From Nitrospirales bacterium (GTDB taxonomy: Bacteria; Nitrospirota; Nitrospiria; Nitrospirales; UBA8639), in contig CBDCWC010000002.1 in NCBI GenBank assembly GCA_965223295.1, forward strand, positions 1,632,001 to 1,696,000: a stretch of 64,000 nucleotides of DNA. Direction: 5' to 3'. Below, in pieces: positions 45,967-56,770 of this stretch. The notes under the pieces were generated by a model that saw only the letters and a program-made list of their open reading frames with translations, was not told where the DNA came from and searched no databases. The translations under genes and the position numbers were made by a program. Position 1 is the stretch's first letter; each line of letters starts with the position of its first letter.

Positions 45967-46779
45967 TCAGGGATTAAACATTCCCCAAAGAAGAATTCCC
46001 ATGCCCAGAGGCCAAAGGTAGTAGGAAAATAGATAAAAATTATTATGGCGGACTAAGCGTAAGATCACCCCAATTGACCAATAGCCGACAAGAGCCGCCA
46101 CAGCCATCCCTAGGATAAACACTCCAATCGATTCATGGGTTTGGCCAAAGACTTTCAGCAATTCCAACAACGTTGCCCCCACAATTGCCGGAATAGAAAT
46201 CAACAACGAAAATCGTGCAGCCAGCTCTCGGTCTAGTCCCAAAAACATGCCTCCCGCAATAGTTGAACCCGATCGCGAAATACCAGGAAATACCGCAGCA
46301 CCTTGAATCACTCCAATGATAAGCGCATCCCATGGCTTCATTTCCTTAGCCGAACGACCTGAGGTTTCCCCCCGAGCCAGCCAGAGGATCACACCGGTCG
46401 TTAAAAACATCACAGCCACAAGTGACGGCCTGGCCAATGTTGAAAACCCAATAGATTCGACCCCTAGTCCGATCATGGCCGTCGGCACCGAAGCGAAGAG
46501 CACATTGTGGATCGTCTGGCGTTCGCACCCCTGAAACATACTCCCCTGTTCAGTGGGTAGTCCGACGTACCCCTTCACAAGCGTGAGAAGGTCATGCCAA
46601 AAATACAACAGAATCGCGGTGACCGTTGCCATATGCAGCATGACATCATAGAGTAAATTTTTCTCGCTGAATTGCCCAAACCAATGCTGCGCCATCACTA
46701 AATGGCCAGAAGAAGAGACGGGAAGAAATTCAGTGAGCCCTTGTATGACCGCTAACACAATCGCTTCGATATAGCTCAT
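45967..46779 (-). CDS. uppP: Undecaprenyl-diphosphate phosphatase
   Basis: QGLTEFLPVSSSGH and PGISRSG.T. Confidence 0.95.
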   Translation of the reverse strand: MSYIEAIVLAVIQGLTEFLPVSSSGHLVMAQHWFGQFSEKNLLYDVMLHMATVTAILLYFWHDLLTLVKGYVGLPTEQGSMFQGCERQTIHNVLFASVPTAMIGLGVESIGFSTLARPSLVAVMFLTTGVILWLARGETSGRSAKEMKPWDALIIGVIQGAAVFPGISRSGSTIAGGMFLGLDRELAARFSLLISIPAIVGATLLELLKVFGQTHESIGVFILGMAVAALVGYWSIGVILRLVRHNNFYLFSYYLWPLGMGILLWGMFNP

Positions 46780-46829
46780 AGATTAGAGACATATCCATTT
46801 CTTCATGTTCCTAAAAGGAGTGGCGTGGA

Positions 46830-47675
46830 TCACAGATTGGCTTTTTTCCATTGAACGGCGAACTCTTGAACGCCTTTCTCCCAGGGCGGCAACGTTACGC
46901 GAGGGTCCTGCAGGGAGGTCAGAACCGCATTGGAAGGGCGAGGAGCTGGCAGAGGATACTCAGATGAAGGAATAGGCTGAACAGGTGTATTGATCTCACA
47001 AGCCTGATAGAGGACTTTCGTAAACTCACACCAACTGGTCCCGCCAGCCCCCGCCAGGTGATAGGTCCCATAGGCCTGCGTCTCCACTAACCGAGCCACA
47101 GCTTGCGATAAATGCGGGGCAAAGGTTGGAGATCCAAATTGATCGTCAACAACTCGAACCTGATCTTTGTGAGCTAACCGACAAATCGTCAGAGGAAAGT
47201 TTTTTCCGACAACATGATACAGCCACGCCGTTCGAATAATAAAATGCGCAGGATTCCCTTTCTGCACTTCTTCTTCTCCAGCCAATTTACTGGAGCCATA
47301 AACCGACAGGGGGTTAGGGCGATCAAATTCGTGATAGGGACGAGTTTGCTGTCCATCAAAAACATAATCGGTCGAGAAATGCACGAGCGGAATATTCATG
47401 TCCCTGGTAGCCAGTGCCAGATTTCGTGGTCCCAAAGCATTCCCGCGAAATGCAGCATCCTGATGAGTTTCTGCCTGGTCAACTTGCGTGAACGCTGCGG
47501 CATTTATCACGAGATCTGGCTGAAGCTGTTTGATCGCTTTTCTAACCGATTCGAATTGACTAATATCCAGATCCTGAATATCCCAGGCCATCACCTCGCA
47601 ATCCGCAAACTGCGCTTGTAGCGCCTGTCCTAATTGTCCTTGTCCCCCCGTGATGAACAGCTTGTGAAACTTCAT
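46830..47675 (-). CDS. rfbD: dTDP-4-dehydrorhamnose reductase
   Basis: GGQGQLG, NAAAFT.VD.AE, STDYVFDG, YG.SKLAGE, DQFGSPT. Confidence 0.95.
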   Translation of the reverse strand: MKFHKLFITGGQGQLGQALQAQFADCEVMAWDIQDLDISQFESVRKAIKQLQPDLVINAAAFTQVDQAETHQDAAFRGNALGPRNLALATRDMNIPLVHFSTDYVFDGQQTRPYHEFDRPNPLSVYGSSKLAGEEEVQKGNPAHFIIRTAWLYHVVGKNFPLTICRLAHKDQVRVVDDQFGSPTFAPHLSQAVARLVETQAYGTYHLAGAGGTSWCEFTKVLYQACEINTPVQPIPSSEYPLPAPRPSNAVLTSLQDPRVTLPPWEKGVQEFAVQWKKANL

Positions 47676-48226
47676 ATCTGATAGTCAGGAAGCGTATCCC
47701 ACAAAGCGTGCATGGAAGCTCCAGCAGCGTCTTTCGGTGAGAGAATTGGAGAGTCATTGGGCCATTGAATGCCGACTTGTTTGTCATTCCAGGCCAGCGT
47801 AATTTCATCTCCGGGTGTGTAGATATCCGTACATTTATACTCTACCTCGGCTATATCTGACAGGACATAAAACCCATGGGCAAAGCCAGGAGGAATATAA
47901 ATTTGCTTAAAATTTTCTGCGGTCAACAAGACATGTTCCCAAGCCGCAAACGTGGGTGAACCCCGGCGAATATCCACCGCCACATCAAAAATTTCTCCCT
48001 TTGTCACTCGCACCAATTTGCCTTGCGGTCTAGAGATCTGTGCATGCAGCCCACGGAGTGCCCCACAAACTGATGAAGAACAATTATCTTGCACAAATGA
48101 TAAGGGAATACCTCCATCACGATACTTTTCTGCATGAAATGTTTCCACAAACCATCCACGCTCATCGCGATAGACATCTGGTTCGATAACCAGTACTCCT
48201 GGTAACTGGGTTGTAAGAAATTTCAT
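47672..48226 (-). CDS. rfbC: dTDP-4-dehydrorhamnose 3,5-epimerase
   Basis: DERGWF, VQDN.S.S, LRGLH, DVAVDIR.GSPTF, GFAHGF. Confidence 0.95.
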   Translation of the reverse strand: MKFLTTQLPGVLVIEPDVYRDERGWFVETFHAEKYRDGGIPLSFVQDNCSSSVCGALRGLHAQISRPQGKLVRVTKGEIFDVAVDIRRGSPTFAAWEHVLLTAENFKQIYIPPGFAHGFYVLSDIAEVEYKCTDIYTPGDEITLAWNDKQVGIQWPNDSPILSPKDAAGASMHALWDTLPDYQI

Positions 48227-49113
48227 ACCGAGGTACGCCTTGGGCTATCCACTAGATCAAGCAAATACTGCCCATACCCGTTATCTTTCATACCTATCGC
48301 AAGTCTCACTACATCCTCTGCCTGTATATATCCCATGGAATAGGCAATCTCCTCCGGACAAGACACCATCAATCCTTGACGCTCTTGCAACACTTGAATA
48401 TATTGTGCAGCTTGCATGAGGGACTCATGTGTCCCGGTATCCAACCAGGCAATCCCTCGACTCAACACTTGCACTTGAAGTGATTGAGACTCTAAATAGG
48501 TTCGATTCACATCAGTAATTTCTAGTTCACCTCTAGCTGATGGCTGAAGTGATTCAGCAATGGACACGACGCAATTGTCATAAAAATACAGCCCAGTCAC
48601 CGCAAAAGACGATTGAGGGTATTTCGGCTTTTCCTCCAAACTCGTGGCCTGCCCTTGAGCATTAAAGGTCACCACCCCATACCGTTCCGGATCACGAACT
48701 TGATAGGCAAAGACTTGCGCACCCTGTGCCTGCTCGGCTGCTTTTTGCAAATACCCGGAGAGGCCATGACCATAAAAGATATTATCCCCCAGAATGAGAG
48801 CCACGCGATCTTGTCCAATAAATTTTCGTCCAATAAGAAAAGCCTGAGCAATCCCTTCCGGACGTGCCTGTGCGGCATATTCAATGTGTAACCCCAGATG
48901 GCTTCCATTCCCCAGCAATCGGACAAAACCATCTTGTTCATGCGGCGTGGTAATAATTAACACATCCTGGATGCCCGACAGCATGAGCGTAGACAGAGGA
49001 TAATAGATCATCGGTTTGTCAAAAACCGGCATGAGTTGCTTACTCACAGCATGGGTGAGAGGGTAAAGTCTTGTCCCGGACCCTCCAGCAAGGATAATCC
49101 CCTTCAGACGCAT
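48223..49113 (-). CDS. rfbA: Glucose-1-phosphate thymidylyltransferase
   Basis: [55 protein letters not shown]. Confidence 0.96.
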   Translation of the reverse strand: MRLKGIILAGGSGTRLYPLTHAVSKQLMPVFDKPMIYYPLSTLMLSGIQDVLIITTPHEQDGFVRLLGNGSHLGLHIEYAAQARPEGIAQAFLIGRKFIGQDRVALILGDNIFYGHGLSGYLQKAAEQAQGAQVFAYQVRDPERYGVVTFNAQGQATSLEEKPKYPQSSFAVTGLYFYDNCVVSIAESLQPSARGELEITDVNRTYLESQSLQVQVLSRGIAWLDTGTHESLMQAAQYIQVLQERQGLMVSCPEEIAYSMGYIQAEDVVRLAIGMKDNGYGQYLLDLVDSPRRTSV

Positions 49114-49182
49114 AAACAGAAAATCCCTCTATTACTTTCTTGTTGTTGATAGTCCAATAGGCGATAAGGATGGATGAAAAGG

Positions 49183-50268
49183 TCAGGCATGAAGTCCAAG
49201 ACGTTCACGTTGATAGGTCTGATGCGTAACAGCTTCACACCATGGACGATTGTCAAGATACCATTGAATGGTTTTTCGTAACCCAACCTCAAACGTATGA
49301 CAGGGCTCCCATCCCACAGTCGATCGGATTTTCGTTGGATCTATAGCATAACGAAAATCATGTCCAGGCCGATCCGTCACAAATGTCTTGAGATCTGCAT
49401 AATGTTGTATTCCACGATTCACAAAGGCAGGATTCGATTCACAAGGAACCAACTCATCCAAAATATGGCAAATCGCTTCAACGACTTCCACGTTTGAACG
49501 TTCCGACTGACCTCCGAGATTATACTTCTCTCCCGACCTACCATTCTTCAGTACTTGCAAAATCCCTTCGCAATGATCTTCCACAAACAACCAGTCACGA
49601 GAATGCTGTCCGTTCCCATAAATAGGAAGCGGCTTGCCTTCTAAAGCCGTCAAGACCATGAGAGGAACGAGTTTTTCAGGGAATTGATATGGCCCATAAT
49701 TATTGGAACAATTCGTGATAATGGTCGGAAGATCATAGGTATGAAAATACGCACGAACGAGATGATCGGCACTGGCCTTTGATGCAGAATAAGGAGAATT
49801 TGGGGCATAAGGCGTTTCTTCCGTAAATAATCCTGTGGGCCCCAAAGTTCCATAGACTTCATCAGTTGAGACATGCAGAAACCGAAAACATCTAGCTTGG
49901 TCTAACTCTACTGTTTTTAGATACCGCCGAACCGTCTCGAGGAGTACTAATGTCCCAGTCACATTCGTTTGGATGAAGGGAAAAGGATCATCAATTGAAC
50001 GATCCACATGTGATTCCGCTGCAAAATTGACGACCCAACGTGGCTGATACTTTTCAACAACCTTGGACATTTCCGTTTCATCTGCAATGTCTGCCTGAAT
50101 AAACTGCAAACGAGAATTTTCCCAGAGATCCTCCAAATTTTCCCGATGACCGGCATAGGTCAATTTATCCACCACGACAAGACGTGAGTCAGTCTTAGCC
50201 ATCGCCATATGAACAAAGTTGGCGCCAATAAAGCCTGCGCCACCTGTCACCATCATTGTATCCATCAT
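49183..50268 (-). CDS. rfbB: dTDP-glucose 4,6-dehydratase
   Basis: VTGGAGFIG, DKLTYAG, FAAESHVDRSI, STDEVYG, PYSASKA, DRPGHD.RY. Confidence 0.96.
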   Translation of the reverse strand: MMDTMMVTGGAGFIGANFVHMAMAKTDSRLVVVDKLTYAGHRENLEDLWENSRLQFIQADIADETEMSKVVEKYQPRWVVNFAAESHVDRSIDDPFPFIQTNVTGTLVLLETVRRYLKTVELDQARCFRFLHVSTDEVYGTLGPTGLFTEETPYAPNSPYSASKASADHLVRAYFHTYDLPTIITNCSNNYGPYQFPEKLVPLMVLTALEGKPLPIYGNGQHSRDWLFVEDHCEGILQVLKNGRSGEKYNLGGQSERSNVEVVEAICHILDELVPCESNPAFVNRGIQHYADLKTFVTDRPGHDFRYAIDPTKIRSTVGWEPCHTFEVGLRKTIQWYLDNRPWCEAVTHQTYQRERLGLHA

Positions 50269-50361
50269 AAAAGTATTGTGAAGGAGAAACGAGAAGCCGA
50301 GAACGTTCGTGGGCTATCGAATGAGTATCACAAAAGTGACACCCAAACTTTCACAGCAAGA

Positions 50362-52191
50362 TTATTCCACCGTTACACTTTTGGCCAGATTTCTCGGTCG
50401 ATCAACATCCAACCCACGCTGGACGGCAATATGGTAGGCTAACAGCTGTAACCCAACAGTAAAAAGAATGGGGGTTAGCAAGGGATGCGCCTCCGGGATA
50501 GCAAACACATGATCAGCAACATGATCCAAGGCATGGTCTCCTTCAGAAACAAACGCAATCACCGGAGCATTTCTTGCCCGCACTTCCATAAGATTACTGA
50601 CAGATTTTTCATACAAGCGATCTTTCGGTGACAACACGACCACTGGCATATCACTATCAATTAACGCAATAGGACCATGTTTCATCTCTCCAGCCGCATA
50701 GCCTTCTGCGTGAATATAGGAAATTTCTTTAAGTTTCAGAGCTCCTTCCAATGCAATGGGATAATTAATCCCGCGGCCCAAGTACAGAAAATTTCGTTTA
50801 TCAGCATACTTTTTTGCAATCTCTGCAATCGTATTTTCTTGTTTTAAAATATGTTCGACATGCCCAGGAAGCATGAGAAAATGGTCTAGCCACCACCGGC
50901 CTTCTTCCGGACTCAACACATCGTGAACTCTTCCAACATGCAATGCTAACAAATACAATGCAACAACTTGTCCTGTAAAGGCTTTTGTTGAGGCCACGCT
51001 AATTTCTGGTCCACAACGCGTATAGATCACTCCGTCTGCTTCCCGCGCCAAGGTACTACCAACAGCATTCACAATTGATAACACCTTCGCGCCACGTCGT
51101 TTGGCTTCGCGGGCCGCCGCTAACGTATCGGCTGTTTCACCAGACTGCGAGATGGCAATAAATAAATCATCGGCTTGAATCATCGGCTCGCGGTAGCGAA
51201 ACTCCGAACCAATGTCTACCTGAATTGGTCGCCGAACCATTTCCTCAAAAAGATATTTCCCGACCAATCCCGAATGCCAGGACGTTCCGCAGGCCACAAT
51301 CCAAAATCGTCTGGCGTTTAAGAGTTCTTCATTCGTCATGGACAAATCCGGAAGATCGGCTTCGCCTGACTCGTAATGGAACCGGCCTCGCAACGTATCC
51401 ATAATGACTTGAGGCTGTTCATGAATTTCCTTCATCATAAAATCAGGATATCCGCCCTTTTCAGCAGCTTCGGCATCCCAATGAATGGTTTCAGTTGGAA
51501 TGGTTTTTGGCTGCCCTTCTCGATCAAGAACGTTGACTCCCGATTCCTCCAATATGCCGACATCGCCATCTTCCAAAAACACCACTTCCCGAGTATGGGC
51601 TAACAGTGGAGTCACATCAGAGGCTAAAAATGCCCCTTTCCCATTGACGCCAATAACGAGAGGGCATCCAGAACGGCTCACCACGATCCGTCCGGGTTCC
51701 GCCAAAGACATCGCCGCAATGGCGTAACTTCCATGGAGATCATGTGCCACCTGGCGAATAGCTTCATCCAAACGTTTTCCCCTCTTCATCACAGAAGACA
51801 ACAAATGGGCAATAACTTCAGTATCGGTTTCTGATTCAAAACGATGTCCTTCTGATTCCAAGCGATGACGTAGGACGAGAAAATTTTCGATAATGCCATT
51901 ATGAACCAACACCACATCGCCCGAACGATGGGGATGGGCATTCTGCTCAGAAGGCCTTCCATGCGTTGCCCAACGAGTATGTCCAATGCCCGTTCTGCCT
52001 TCAACTGCCCTGCTCTGGATATTCGCTTCCAAATTCGTGAGCTTTCCTGCGCTACGCCGAATATCAAGTTCTCCATGATGCTGGAGAGCGATACCAGCGG
52101 AGTCATAGCCCCGATATTCCAGTCGTTGCAACCCTGACAACAAGATGGGGGCTGCCGATTCCCGCCCGACATATCCAATAATTCCACACAT
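50362..52191 (-). CDS. glmS: Glutamine--fructose-6-phosphate aminotransferase
   Basis: MCGIIG, LEYRGYDSAG, GHTRWATHG, SQSGETADT, PRNLAKSVTVE. Confidence 0.97.
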   Translation of the reverse strand: MCGIIGYVGRESAAPILLSGLQRLEYRGYDSAGIALQHHGELDIRRSAGKLTNLEANIQSRAVEGRTGIGHTRWATHGRPSEQNAHPHRSGDVVLVHNGIIENFLVLRHRLESEGHRFESETDTEVIAHLLSSVMKRGKRLDEAIRQVAHDLHGSYAIAAMSLAEPGRIVVSRSGCPLVIGVNGKGAFLASDVTPLLAHTREVVFLEDGDVGILEESGVNVLDREGQPKTIPTETIHWDAEAAEKGGYPDFMMKEIHEQPQVIMDTLRGRFHYESGEADLPDLSMTNEELLNARRFWIVACGTSWHSGLVGKYLFEEMVRRPIQVDIGSEFRYREPMIQADDLFIAISQSGETADTLAAAREAKRRGAKVLSIVNAVGSTLAREADGVIYTRCGPEISVASTKAFTGQVVALYLLALHVGRVHDVLSPEEGRWWLDHFLMLPGHVEHILKQENTIAEIAKKYADKRNFLYLGRGINYPIALEGALKLKEISYIHAEGYAAGEMKHGPIALIDSDMPVVVLSPKDRLYEKSVSNLMEVRARNAPVIAFVSEGDHALDHVADHVFAIPEAHPLLTPILFTVGLQLLAYHIAVQRGLDVDRPRNLAKSVTVE

Positions 52192-52322
52192 AACCAGAGA
52201 TTCCTTATGGCTTCAATTTATTGAACGTTATATAAAGATAGATGACATTTCGGTGAGTTTAAGAAAAAACTTAACGCAACATGGAGCCTTCCCTAGCTCC
52301 TGCCAAGAAGAAAAAAAAGAAG

Positions 52323-53837
52323 TTATGATGATTCTTGGCGATTTTCTAGAGCCGGAATTGGTGAAGACGGATCTTCAACCTGGCTGCTCTTGCCATTCGT
52401 GGGAAAATTTGAGGGGCCCGGATCCAATAATGCTCGACGACGGGCTGCCGTCCCTTGCTTATTGATTTGTGCGACGCGAGAGATTCCCATCGCATCGGCT
52501 GGAACATTTTCGGTGACGGTTGTCCCAGCCGCAATCAAAGCCCCTTCTCCAATCGTGACGGGAGCAACAAGCTGAACATCGCTTCCAACAAACACATTAT
52601 CCTCAATCACAGTTCGTGCTTTTCGATACCCATCATAATTACAAGTAATGGTTCCGGCACCCACATTGACATGTCGTCCGATCCAGGTATCTCCAAGGTA
52701 ACTGAGATGATTCACTTTTGAGCCTTCCCCAACTTCCGTTTTTTTGAGTTCCACAAAATTTCCAACTTTTGCTTTTCGATGGATAAGGCAGCCCGGGCGC
52801 AGGTGAGCCATGGGACCGATCACAGCTTTATCCTCAACCGTGGATTCCTGGAGCACGCATGCATCTTGAATCTTCACCCCTCGATGCAGCACCATGTTGG
52901 TGAGTCGTGAGTTGGCACCAATCGTACATTGTTCTCCAACATGCGTGTCGCCTTCTAGATGTACTCCAGGATACACAACCGTATCGCGACCAATCGTGAC
53001 CTGATAGTCAATCAACACTCGTTCAGGATCTAACATCGTGACACCATCCAACAGGAAACGCTCACAAATCCGGCGCCGCATTTCTTTTTCCGCTAAGGCC
53101 AGATGCGCTCGGGTATTGACACCTGTCGTTTCCAAGGCATCGTCCGTCACCCTCGCGATCACTTTCAGGCCTGCCCGGACAGCCATCTCAATGATATCGG
53201 TTAAATAGTATTCCCCCTGTGCATTTTCAGGTTGCAATTGCCCGAGCGCCTTCTCAAGAAACTCCGCTTCCACGACATAGGTACCAACATTGATTTCTGT
53301 CACCTGTTTTTCTTCTAACGAAGCATCACGATCTTCCACAACCCGAGAAACGGTTCCTTCTGGTCCCCGGATTACGCGGCCGTAGCCACTGGGATCTGGC
53401 AATATTGTAGTGAGTAAGGTCAACGCCGCTCGCTCGTTTTGATGATACTTGACCAAACCCTCCACGGTTTCCGTCGTGAGAAGGGGAGTATCACCATTCA
53501 TAATCACATATTGGGTAGCCCCCTTAGAGGAATCCTGAGTAAGTGCGGGATACGCTTGCTGAACCGCATGACCAGTCCCAAGTTGTTCCGTTTGCTCTAC
53601 GACAAGATAGGGAGCAAATTGAGTCTTCTCTTGGTCCAGAAAGGTCCGTACTTGATCAGCCCCATGGCCAACTACTACGGCGATATTGTGGCTCGCCACC
53701 TTTCGGGCCACAATCATCGCATGCCCCAACATCGGAAACCCTGCGACATTGTGCAACACTTTTGGCAAAGTCGATTTCATTCGTGTACCCTGTCCTGCGG
53801 CAAGAATGATCACAGACGTGGTATTTATGTGACTCAT
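52323..53837 (-). CDS. glmU: Bifunctional UDP-GlcNAc pyrophosphorylase/glucosamine-1-P acetyltransferase
   Basis: LAAGQGTRMKS..PKVLH, QLGTGHAV, EYYLTD, GNFVE.K, HLSYLGD, GAGTITCNYDG. Confidence 0.96.
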   Translation of the reverse strand: MSHINTTSVIILAAGQGTRMKSTLPKVLHNVAGFPMLGHAMIVARKVASHNIAVVVGHGADQVRTFLDQEKTQFAPYLVVEQTEQLGTGHAVQQAYPALTQDSSKGATQYVIMNGDTPLLTTETVEGLVKYHQNERAALTLLTTILPDPSGYGRVIRGPEGTVSRVVEDRDASLEEKQVTEINVGTYVVEAEFLEKALGQLQPENAQGEYYLTDIIEMAVRAGLKVIARVTDDALETTGVNTRAHLALAEKEMRRRICERFLLDGVTMLDPERVLIDYQVTIGRDTVVYPGVHLEGDTHVGEQCTIGANSRLTNMVLHRGVKIQDACVLQESTVEDKAVIGPMAHLRPGCLIHRKAKVGNFVELKKTEVGEGSKVNHLSYLGDTWIGRHVNVGAGTITCNYDGYRKARTVIEDNVFVGSDVQLVAPVTIGEGALIAAGTTVTENVPADAMGISRVAQINKQGTAARRRALLDPGPSNFPTNGKSSQVEDPSSPIPALENRQESS

Positions 53838-53866
53838 AGGGCCAGAATTTCCCTAGAAATAATACG

Positions 53867-54550
53867 CTAGTTTAAGGTGTGGGCACGTTCATTGGGAGTT
53901 TTAAGGGTCATTGTACTAGACTTTCCAGCAATTTCAATGCCAGACGACTTGTCCTGCGGCGAGTAAAATCCTCCAGAGACAATCAGTTTCATTGCCTCTT
54001 CGACATTGATATCCACAGGCATGACTTCTTTCTCCGGCACCAATAAAAAATAGCCTGAAGTGGGGTTGGGTGAAGTGGGCACAAAGACATGCACCAAAGG
54101 CTCCGGAGCTAACGACTGAATTTCTTCCCGTGTCTCTCCTGTCACAAAAGCCAGGCAATAATTCCCATCTTTCGGGAACTGAATCATGACGACCTTGTCA
54201 TATTTTTCACGCTGCTTGAAGGAGAGAATATCCATCATGGATTTCAGTGTGGCATAAATCCCTCGCACAATAGGAACCCGATCCAAAAACTCTTCCCATC
54301 GGCTTACCATACGCCTTCCCAAAAAATTAGTGGCCAAGATACCCGCGAACAAGATCAAGATGACCAATGTCAGGATCCCCAAGCCCGGGAAGTAATAATC
54401 AGGCAGAACCAAATCAGCCAAAGCCGTGCCAAGAATGCTATCTACCGTGACAAATAGCGTTTTTAAAATGAGAATGGTACCCCATATTGGGGTAATGACG
54501 AGCAGTCCCGTGAGGAAATAGCGTTTGAGGGAGGCACGAAACGAATTCAT
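53867..54550 (-). CDS. DUF502 membrane protein
   Basis: YFLTGLL..P...T, R.P.VR.IY, VFVPTSPNPTSG, EEAMK.I.SGG. Confidence 0.9.
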   Translation of the reverse strand: MNSFRASLKRYFLTGLLVITPIWGTILILKTLFVTVDSILGTALADLVLPDYYFPGLGILTLVILILFAGILATNFLGRRMVSRWEEFLDRVPIVRGIYATLKSMMDILSFKQREKYDKVVMIQFPKDGNYCLAFVTGETREEIQSLAPEPLVHVFVPTSPNPTSGYFLLVPEKEVMPVDINVEEAMKLIVSGGFYSPQDKSSGIEIAGKSSTMTLKTPNERAHTLN

Positions 54551-54703
54551 GCGGATTGCCAAACCTTTGTCATGGCCAGAACGAGCTCTGTGAGAAAACG
54601 GCAGCCTGAGCCCACCTAGGGCATCTTACAATTCCATTGAGACTCCGGCAAGACTTTTCTTTCAAATTTCAATGACTTAGACTACGGACACTGAGGGGCG
54701 ATC

Positions 54704-55429
54704 TTGAGTCGAAATAGAAACACAGCAAAAAAACAGAGTTCTCTAAGTGGGTTACTTATTACCTTTGAAGGCATCGAAGGTTCTGGAAAATCAACGCAAT
54801 GTCGACGCCTTGCCCGATCCCTTCAAACGCAGGGATACCAGGTTCTCGAAACCCGGGAGCCCGGAGGCACGCCGATAGCAGAATCGCTTCGGAAGCTCAT
54901 GCTCACGACCACCAAGTTGAAACCTGAGACCGAATCCATCACACCAGCCTGTGAATCGATGTTAATCCTCGCGGCACGCGCTCAACACCTCACCCATGTC
55001 ATTCAACCAGCATTAGCACAAGGAACGATTGTTCTCTGTGATCGGTTTTTTGATTCGACAGTGGCCTATCAGGGTTATGCACGCGGTCTCAATAGGAAAT
55101 TTCTGTACGAAGCAAATCATTTTATTGTCGGAGAGCTTGAACCTGATCTCACATTTTTTTTGGATCTGCCTGTTCAAGATGGGTTAGCCAGACGACAACG
55201 GACACACAAGCAGGACCGGATTGACCAGGAATCACTCCGTTTTCATCAGCAGGTCCGGCGCGGGTTCCTGGCTTTGGCGAAGGCTCATCCCAAACGGATC
55301 ACAAAAATGGATGCTCGGCAACCACCTCAAATCCTAGCAACTCAAATTGTATCCATAACTGAAAATCTGATCCGGAGCCGATATCCTCTGCGCGTAAATC
55401 ATTTATCGGCACCCAAGAAAAAGAAATAG
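54704..55429 (+). CDS. tmk: Thymidylate kinase
   Basis: ITFEGIEGSGKSTQ, TREPGGT, LCDRF.DST.AYQG. Confidence 0.95.
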   Translation: MSRNRNTAKKQSSLSGLLITFEGIEGSGKSTQCRRLARSLQTQGYQVLETREPGGTPIAESLRKLMLTTTKLKPETESITPACESMLILAARAQHLTHVIQPALAQGTIVLCDRFFDSTVAYQGYARGLNRKFLYEANHFIVGELEPDLTFFLDLPVQDGLARRQRTHKQDRIDQESLRFHQQVRRGFLALAKAHPKRITKMDARQPPQILATQIVSITENLIRSRYPLRVNHLSAPKKKK

Positions 55430-55446
55430 ACGAAAAAACCTCAACC

Positions 55447-56472
55447 ATGCCGTTTCATCACATCATTGGCCATGACCGTCCTATTATGTGGCTCCAGACT
55501 GCCGTGCAGACTGACCATCTTGGACATGCCTATCTTTTTCATGGCGAACCAGCCATTGGCAAAAGACAAACAGCCTTAGCTCTTAGCCAATTACTCCATT
55601 GTGAAAGCCCTCAAGACGATTTAGCCCCGGATGCCTGTGGCACCTGCCAATCATGTCATCAAGTTGAACAAGCCATCCATCCCGACTGTCTCTTCATTCA
55701 GCCTGAGGACAGTCAAAAGCAGCAGCCAAAAATTAAGATTGACCAAATTCGTGCTATCGAACATTTAGCCATTTATCGCCCGCTCATCGGCTCCCATAAA
55801 ATTTGTCTCATTGACGAGGCTGACACCATGACGCTGGAAGCCGCGAATGCGTTACTGAAAACGCTAGAAGATCCCCCAGACCATTGCCTCTTTCTTCTGA
55901 TCTCGAGCCGGCCAGAGCATCTCTTACCCACAATTCGGTCCCGTTGTATCGCCTTGCGATTCTCCCTGCTACCAGTCGATGCCATAGAGACATACTTGAG
56001 AACCCATTCATCCATGGACTCAAACAATGCCAAGCTGGTGGCGTCCTTCACAGAAGGCCGCCTGGGACATGCCCTTCAGCAGGACCCTGAAGAGCTCAAG
56101 ATCAAACTTCGGCAATATTGGACGTTGCTCTTTGGAGACCAACTCACTTCGACCACTCATGTGTTTGACATGAGCGAAAGTCTGGTCAAATCGAGCCAGG
56201 TTCTTGAAGCCATCCATTGGTTTCAACAAGGCCTCCGTGACTTACTTCTACTATCCTTAGAGACATCAAATACTCCCATGCTCTACCGCGACCAGGAATC
56301 GGCTCTTCGCCAGTTAGCAACACAGATCAGTACCTCAGCGATTCTGGAACTCTCCCAAGAGTTACATCAGCTAGAACGAGGGCAGCAACGCAATATCAAC
56401 CTACAGATTGGGTTAGAACAATTTTTCTTTCATCTGCATGACCACTTAGCCTCAGCCCATTCCCATGAATAA
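55447..56472 (+). CDS. holB: DNA polymerase III subunit delta'
   Basis: HAYLF.G..IGK, C...CGTCQSC, HPD, AANALLKTLEDPP, LLPTIRSRC; located directly after tmk. Confidence 0.93.
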   Translation: MPFHHIIGHDRPIMWLQTAVQTDHLGHAYLFHGEPAIGKRQTALALSQLLHCESPQDDLAPDACGTCQSCHQVEQAIHPDCLFIQPEDSQKQQPKIKIDQIRAIEHLAIYRPLIGSHKICLIDEADTMTLEAANALLKTLEDPPDHCLFLLISSRPEHLLPTIRSRCIALRFSLLPVDAIETYLRTHSSMDSNNAKLVASFTEGRLGHALQQDPEELKIKLRQYWTLLFGDQLTSTTHVFDMSESLVKSSQVLEAIHWFQQGLRDLLLLSLETSNTPMLYRDQESALRQLATQISTSAILELSQELHQLERGQQRNINLQIGLEQFFFHLHDHLASAHSHE

Positions 56473-56495
56473 AATTTCATACCTAACCAACAAAT

Positions 56496-56636
56496 GGGCA
56501 CCTCTAAAACCTGGTGATTTTTTCTGAGGGCAAGGAAGCGGCGAGCGGAAAACCACAGTGTATATGGAAATACATGAGGATTTGAGCGCGACGCTGACGC
56601 CGCCATCGGGGAAAAGGACAGTTTTTAGAGGTGCCC
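56496..56636. mobile_element. 141-bp MITE with perfect TIRs and AAAT target duplication
   Basis: GGGCACCTCTAAAA ... TTTTAGAGGTGCCC, flanked by AAAT at 56492-56495 and 56637-56640. Confidence 0.85.
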
Positions 56637-56770
56637 AAATGAATATTGCTGTTCAGTACCTCACTTTTATATTTCTCAATCCCTCGTCCTTTCAGAGCTT
56701 GGCCTCGAAAAGAGGACAGGTCAACTGACCAGAGTCATGGACATGACCAAACTAAAGGAACCACAGTCTT

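Noticed and set aside
52192-52322. glmS ribozyme
   Set aside because: The glmU-glmS spacer is short and AT-rich, without the conserved ribozyme core.
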